Source: Klebsormidium nitens
Taxonomy: Eukaryota; Plantae; Klebsormidiophyceae
Assembly (NCBI GenBank): GCA_000708835.1
Contig: DF236984.1
Location: forward strand, 62,001-126,000
Direction of reading: 5' to 3'
DNA length: 64,000 nucleotides
This document shows, piece after piece, positions 59,101 to 64,000 of this stretch. Each line of letters opens with the position of its first letter. The first letter of the stretch is position 1. Position numbers and translations under genes: made by a program. Under the pieces are notes generated by a model. It saw only the letters and a program-made list of their open reading frames with translations, searched no databases and had not been told where the DNA came from.

Positions 59101-62100
59101 ACATATCCCCGACCAGAGTACCATGTACAGCTGGAATAACACCCAAGCCTGCCCTTTGTTTCTCAGCGGGCTTGACTCAAAGCACAACGTGACAGTGACA
59201 CCCTCAAATGAATGACAACAAGGGGTGTAAGAATCCACAACAAAATAGGATCATTACGTTACCGCGCTGGTCAGATTCGGAAGATACGAACGCATTTCTT
59301 ACTTGACGGAGCTGTTCCACTGCCGCGAGAGACGTAGACGGTGCCCGTCATCAGGTTGCCGTACTTGGCGTCTCTGTACGCGTAGATGCCCGGGTTACGG
59401 AACAGCGTAGTCGACGTGAACGTACCGCCAGCATCCGAATTGCCCCCTCTCGCTGCACATAGACGAAAATCAAAGCTGAAGTCGGACGTGGATAAGCATT
59501 CGAGCAATGCCACGACGCTTTGTCAACATATGTTCGATGGTTTGTATCTTCGTTCAAAGCCCGCGGTTTGCGCGGGCAAGAAACCGAACAATTGGAACGC
59601 GATAAAGAAGCAGAAACGGGTTGAAAGCGGAACGAAATGGCGAGCAGTTAAAAGAGGACGTCGATTGAAGGAACGAGGTGACTTGAAAACTGCGGAAATT
59701 AGCTTCAGTCAAAACACGAAGTTGACGTGAGGACGGAAAGGCGGGGTGATGTCAGCGGAAAGGCACAAAGAAGTCAGCAACAGCCTTACGACAGCTTTGG
59801 CTAAAGAGCCGACATCTTCAATTAGTAAAGACATAAGATATCGAAGTTGCTTTCTTTGATTTGGATGTTCCTTTGGCTGGCCTCACCAACCCTACCCGAA
59901 TCCTGATCTTTCGTCAAAATTCGGGAAGCCTTGTTCATGCACAATTCCCGGCTTGAAAGGAGCCGAAGGTAAGCGTATCTGTCCAAAATATGCTCAAAGG
60001 CAGTGAAACTCCTTGGATATTGAGTCGAAAGCACATGCAGAAACCGGACTGCAGAAATCGGACTTGGCCAGGCCAGCTTTCTACTTACTTCGGCCCAGGA
60101 CGCATGGAGTCGGGTCTCCGGTAAAGGAGCCGTTTTCGAGATCCCCAATGTTTTGTGGGGTGCAGACAGTCCCCCTTGCTACGAACCGGCGGTTGGCTCC
60201 CACCCCACGGAAGACGTCTTGCAGGTCATCCAACCCTTCACCTGTGGGGAAACGGAAGAAAGGACAAGTTTCAAGTAGGTTTGGCCAGGATTTCAAGCAG
60301 GTAAAGGTAAGGAACGAAAACAAGACCAGAAACTTTTGAAACTTGGCTCGACTTTAGCACGAAGAAACATGACCCGCGTTCCCGTCTAAATTTACCTTTC
60401 GGAAATTTGGATGAGCTCAATCGCAGATTCAAAACCGAATATTCGTCAAAGGGCAACTCCCAAAGTAGTTCGAGTCGATGGCAACGCAATCTACCTGAAA
60501 GCAGCATCTTCAAACGGATCGAGCCGCGCAACCGCGTTCGATACTTGAATGGACCAACGGGCAGCACGAAGTTGTCTACTTGGCTAGGGTCAATCAGCTA
60601 GAATCCAATTACATTCACGGACTGAACGTCGAGCTAATGCCGTATTCTACCGTAAGGCAAGGCGTGCATATAGTTCTCAGAAGACCATAAAAGAGAAGAT
60701 ACTGTTCTCTTGAGTTGGACTTCTCACCTCTCAGCGCGTGGGGCAAGTCGTCGGCCCAGATGAACTGGATGGAGTCTCCCACAGACACGTTCGTCGAGTA
60801 GTGCACGTTCAGCTTCCACTCCAAAGCGACGTTGGCTGCATTGAAAAGATAGAGTTGTCACATCAGCCTTTGGTTTGAATTGTTCTTCCGCGTCTAGTCT
60901 CTGGTTAAAGAACAGGCATTTAAAGACCGTTTGCAGCTCAAAAGCATATAGATTGTGTGCATTCACGTGACCGGCCTATCCAATTGGTAGAATCTATGGG
61001 TTGGAGGTGCGTAATCGGCCTGTTCCAACGGCGCACTCGATCAAGCCGGGTGACGAAGTCAGTTCCGAGTCGACTGCCTAAACATCCAGTGCGCGTAACA
61101 CAAACAAAACTATTGACTTGGACGAGTCGAAGCTGATATGCACTGCCAAAGGCTGGTAAGAATAGCAAGAGGAGGCCAAAGCAAGATGACGTCAAACTGC
61201 CGAACTTTACTGCCCCCTAAAGTCATCGAAGGTCGTAACAGCAGGTTTTGTCGCATGAATGCCGAAGGGGTCTATACGTGAAATCTTCTCGGCCCATTGG
61301 TCGTCGGAACCCTTCTTTATTTTCAAACTTAAAGTGGGCTTTACCAGAAAGCCAGAATACTGTAAGTAAAGCTCGAATCCTTAACGCTTTAAGCCCAGGT
61401 CTCCGGCACTTTAGCCGTCCAAGAGTTAGGCTTTCTGCCTTCACCTGATAAGCAGATCTGCTTGAGCTGATTCCGAACAAAGACCTCTTCTCCCGGCTTA
61501 CACATGTCGCCAAAAAAAACGTGAGTTTCAGAGTCAGCCAAAAAACATCAGCGACCGCAAGCCGCCGCTGAAGGTGATCCATAAATGCCAAACCGGCTTT
61601 TGAGAGGGTCAATGTAACAAAGGGCAGTGAACCTCACGGCGGTTGCAGTTGTTGCCCGGATCGACGACCACTGCCGTGTCTGTCGCGTGCAAGAGGTCTT
61701 CGGTGGCCAGGTAATTGCTCTCGCTGAGGCCGGTAGCAATCACCGAGTCCAACGCATTCAGCAGGATTGCGATGAAGGTGTCCTGCTCCTGTGCACTGAT
61801 GCTGTAGTTCCCGGTGTTGCCGGGCCCGTAGCGACGCGCAAGGAAAGCCTGCAATGAAAGGGGGGAGCCTCAGTAAGGATACGTTCCGTCGGAAGCCGTC
61901 AAGTCCTGAACGTTTTCCGGCTGGAGATGAATTATCTGGCCGGAACTAAAATTTCATGCCGCTTGGGATCTCACGTTTAGGTCCGTACCTCAGGTTTGAT
62001 AGGCCCTCGGAGCTAGACTTAAAAGCATGCGGCTTGCGCCTCTGGCTGCGTTGCAAAAAAATCGAACATTGAACGCCCGGCCCGGTGGTGACTCGTACTC

Positions 62101-64000
62101 GAATCCGTTTTCCAACAAGGATTGGACCAATGGGAGCGGGACGTTTGTTTTCCCTTCAACGAGGGACCGAACTAGAGCGAAAACACTTGAGAGAATTTCA
62201 AGCATACCCACTTCAAACTGGAACCCATCCAAATCTCTTCCGGAAACCAGTTCCTTGGCGCGGTACTCGGAAAAGCCATTGTTGTGATTATGATATCACG
62301 ACGCCGCAGCGCCGGGCGTCGAAGACCTGGCTAGAAGAGGAGGTCTCAGTAATTCCTGCGTGTATTCAGATTGGAACGTATGGCAAGCTCATTTACAAAA
62401 TCACCTGCTTGCCGAGAGCGCCACGGGGCTTCAAGGACTATCGCTAATGTGTCCGGTGTGCAGTTTGCCAACATTGCAGCGCAAGCGCACGCCGCCTAAC
62501 AAGCCGGAAGAATTCTGGAACCCGTGTCGATACTAGAACATCTGCTGAAGTCCGAGAAAACAGATCAATCCGCGTGCGCACCTGCAGCGCCGCAGGGTTG
62601 CTAGAGTCGAGCGTCGTGTTGGTCGTAGGGTCCAGAATACCGCAGCCCGGGAACGTTGCAGGCCCGCCAAAGTACGCGCAGAAGAAGCCCAGCATACGTG
62701 GCCCCTGCCGGCTCGACGAGATGGTGTACTTGGTGATGCACGAGTCCGCTGTCCACGTGTCGATCGACCGCGCAATCGCCGTTGCCAGGTTTGAGTAACG
62801 CTGCTGGTCGGTCGTCCCAAACTGGTTCCAGTAAAGCGTGGTGGCGTTTCCGTTCGCTGGGAGGTAGGGATTGTCCGCTAGCTGCGAGCATGCCAAAGGC
62901 GTTGGTTCAGGTTGCGCGTTTCAGGATCAGCGTCCGAACGTGTGCAATGTCTGAGGTTGATCGCGGCCCAGATGGATGCTCGAATGTGAACAGACTCTAA
63001 AACGAGGTCGCAAACCTTTGCAAAATGCCGAAGCTTCAGGGAGATGTCGATGATGCTCTTCTTTGAACCGTTCTTGCTTGACCTGCATCTTGAACGTAGC
63101 ACAAGCTCGCAAAGCTGCCAGGAAGCTGATGCCAGCAGTGAGCAATACCTGCCAGTAGAAGCTACTGACTACTCAGAAGATAGGGTTTAAAGACTGCAAA
63201 ATACATTGCTAGAGCTAAAGCGCGGTCAGCTTCTTTACCTTGTGGGGCTGTGTGATACATGCGACATCAGATCCACGTGCAACTTCTCGTTCAGAATATA
63301 AGGTGCAAATACCATCTCTTTCATACGCCAACGGAAGAATTCTGTCAGTCTCCTGGCGTGTCCTGGAGACTCAAAATCTGTTTTGATGCCTCTTTCAACA
63401 TAGAGAAGCCACATTCAGGAAAGGCACTGAGAACGACGAACTAACCTGAGACAGGCGTCTACGACCGGGTGGTACTGCGGTAACGGTGAGTCCGCTCGTG
63501 TTGAGCTGACCTCCCGTCGGAGCCGGGGTTCCACGTGCGAGCGACGCGGCTTGGCTGGGGTTCGCAGCAAGGTACGCCGGATTGACTGCGACATGATCAA
63601 CAGCTTAAAGTCAGCCAGCATCGGATCCGTCAGACAAGACCAGGAAAACTATGCATAGCGCCTTCTCTTGCGGCTGAACTGAGAAAGGGATGAAGCCAGA
63701 GAATGTGGATGGGAGACAAAAGTCGCTTCTCGATTGTCCCTTTGAGGAGGGAGTATTTCAAGCGAACGGCTGACGAAGGTGGGCTGGCGGCGACGCTTGA
63801 GGGCCCTTGAACGCGTAGCTCTCTCGTCAACAAGCTCGCTTCCATAACCCCAAAGAAGTCTCAGTATGCTACACAGAAGATCAAAGCCAATCGAGCACCG
63901 CAAGAGTCTGCTACTCAAGAAAGTTGTTTTTGTCGGTCCCATGACCAGACCTCTACCCCTGATGCGGAGTCAAATACTTCTTCGACGGCACCTATGAAAT
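50117..64000 (-). CDS. PKD2: Polycystin-2/TRPP-like cation channel with a very large extracellular S1-S2 region, multi-exon, 5' end outside the window
   Basis: Exons include 63585-63446 (tentative), 62881-62582, 61848-61638, 60835-60728, 59452-59303, ~58791-58479, 57928-57818, 57383-57254, 56938-56876, 56529-56343, 55796-55655, ~55245-55157, ~54885-54670, ~54330-54120, ~53785-53590, ~53196-53137, ~52870-52763, ~52415-52379, ~52010-51843, ~51442-51320, ~50962-50824, ~50543-50389, 50151-50117. TOP-domain motifs are NHNRVLGGLLIHQTR, PYGVDPVF and LQYLVDGLFLDNATETLTLRLPTYNG. TM motifs are S3 FWNYIDAISI, S4 IFFMILRLLKLLDFQPRMGVLTRTL, S5 DLLNFFVLWGLIFIGYSFMGHIIVG, pore FRTLGFSMATCFAIILGD and S6 LFFWSFNIFMVMVVMNFLVAIAVDAF. 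Confidence 0.88.

Overview
This is eukaryotic, intron-rich DNA (GT-AG introns, one 680-N assembly gap), so the bacterial-style ORF track mostly shows exon fragments or antisense shadows. The mix of plant-type PTEN2, plant-type SCAPER and a TRPP channel suggests a streptophyte green alga such as Klebsormidium (inference). Five spliced genes and one tRNA were reconstructed by hand. (1) A CNBD-type voltage-gated K+ channel (minus, TVGYGD filter), running off the left edge. (2) A PTEN2-like phosphoinositide phosphatase (plus), head-to-head with gene 1. (3) A spliced, frameshifted gene with SF2-ATPase, Z1-like and winged-helix motifs of prokaryotic or giant-virus flavour (minus). (4) An intron-containing tRNA-Gly(CCC) bracketed by inverted GC hairpins. 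(5) An ~2,900-aa SCAPER homologue (plus). (6) A PKD2/TRPP channel with cupredoxin-like and LNR modules in its extracellular loop (minus), running off the right edge. The most striking unexplained structure is a set of 'exon echoes'. Many introns of the K+ channel, PTEN2 and SCAPER genes hold tandem degenerate copies of the neighbouring splice site plus exon head or tail. Several of these differ from the working exon almost only at synonymous or third positions, and some keep residues I recall from land-plant orthologues. That is not what neutral decay of a dead duplicate predicts.
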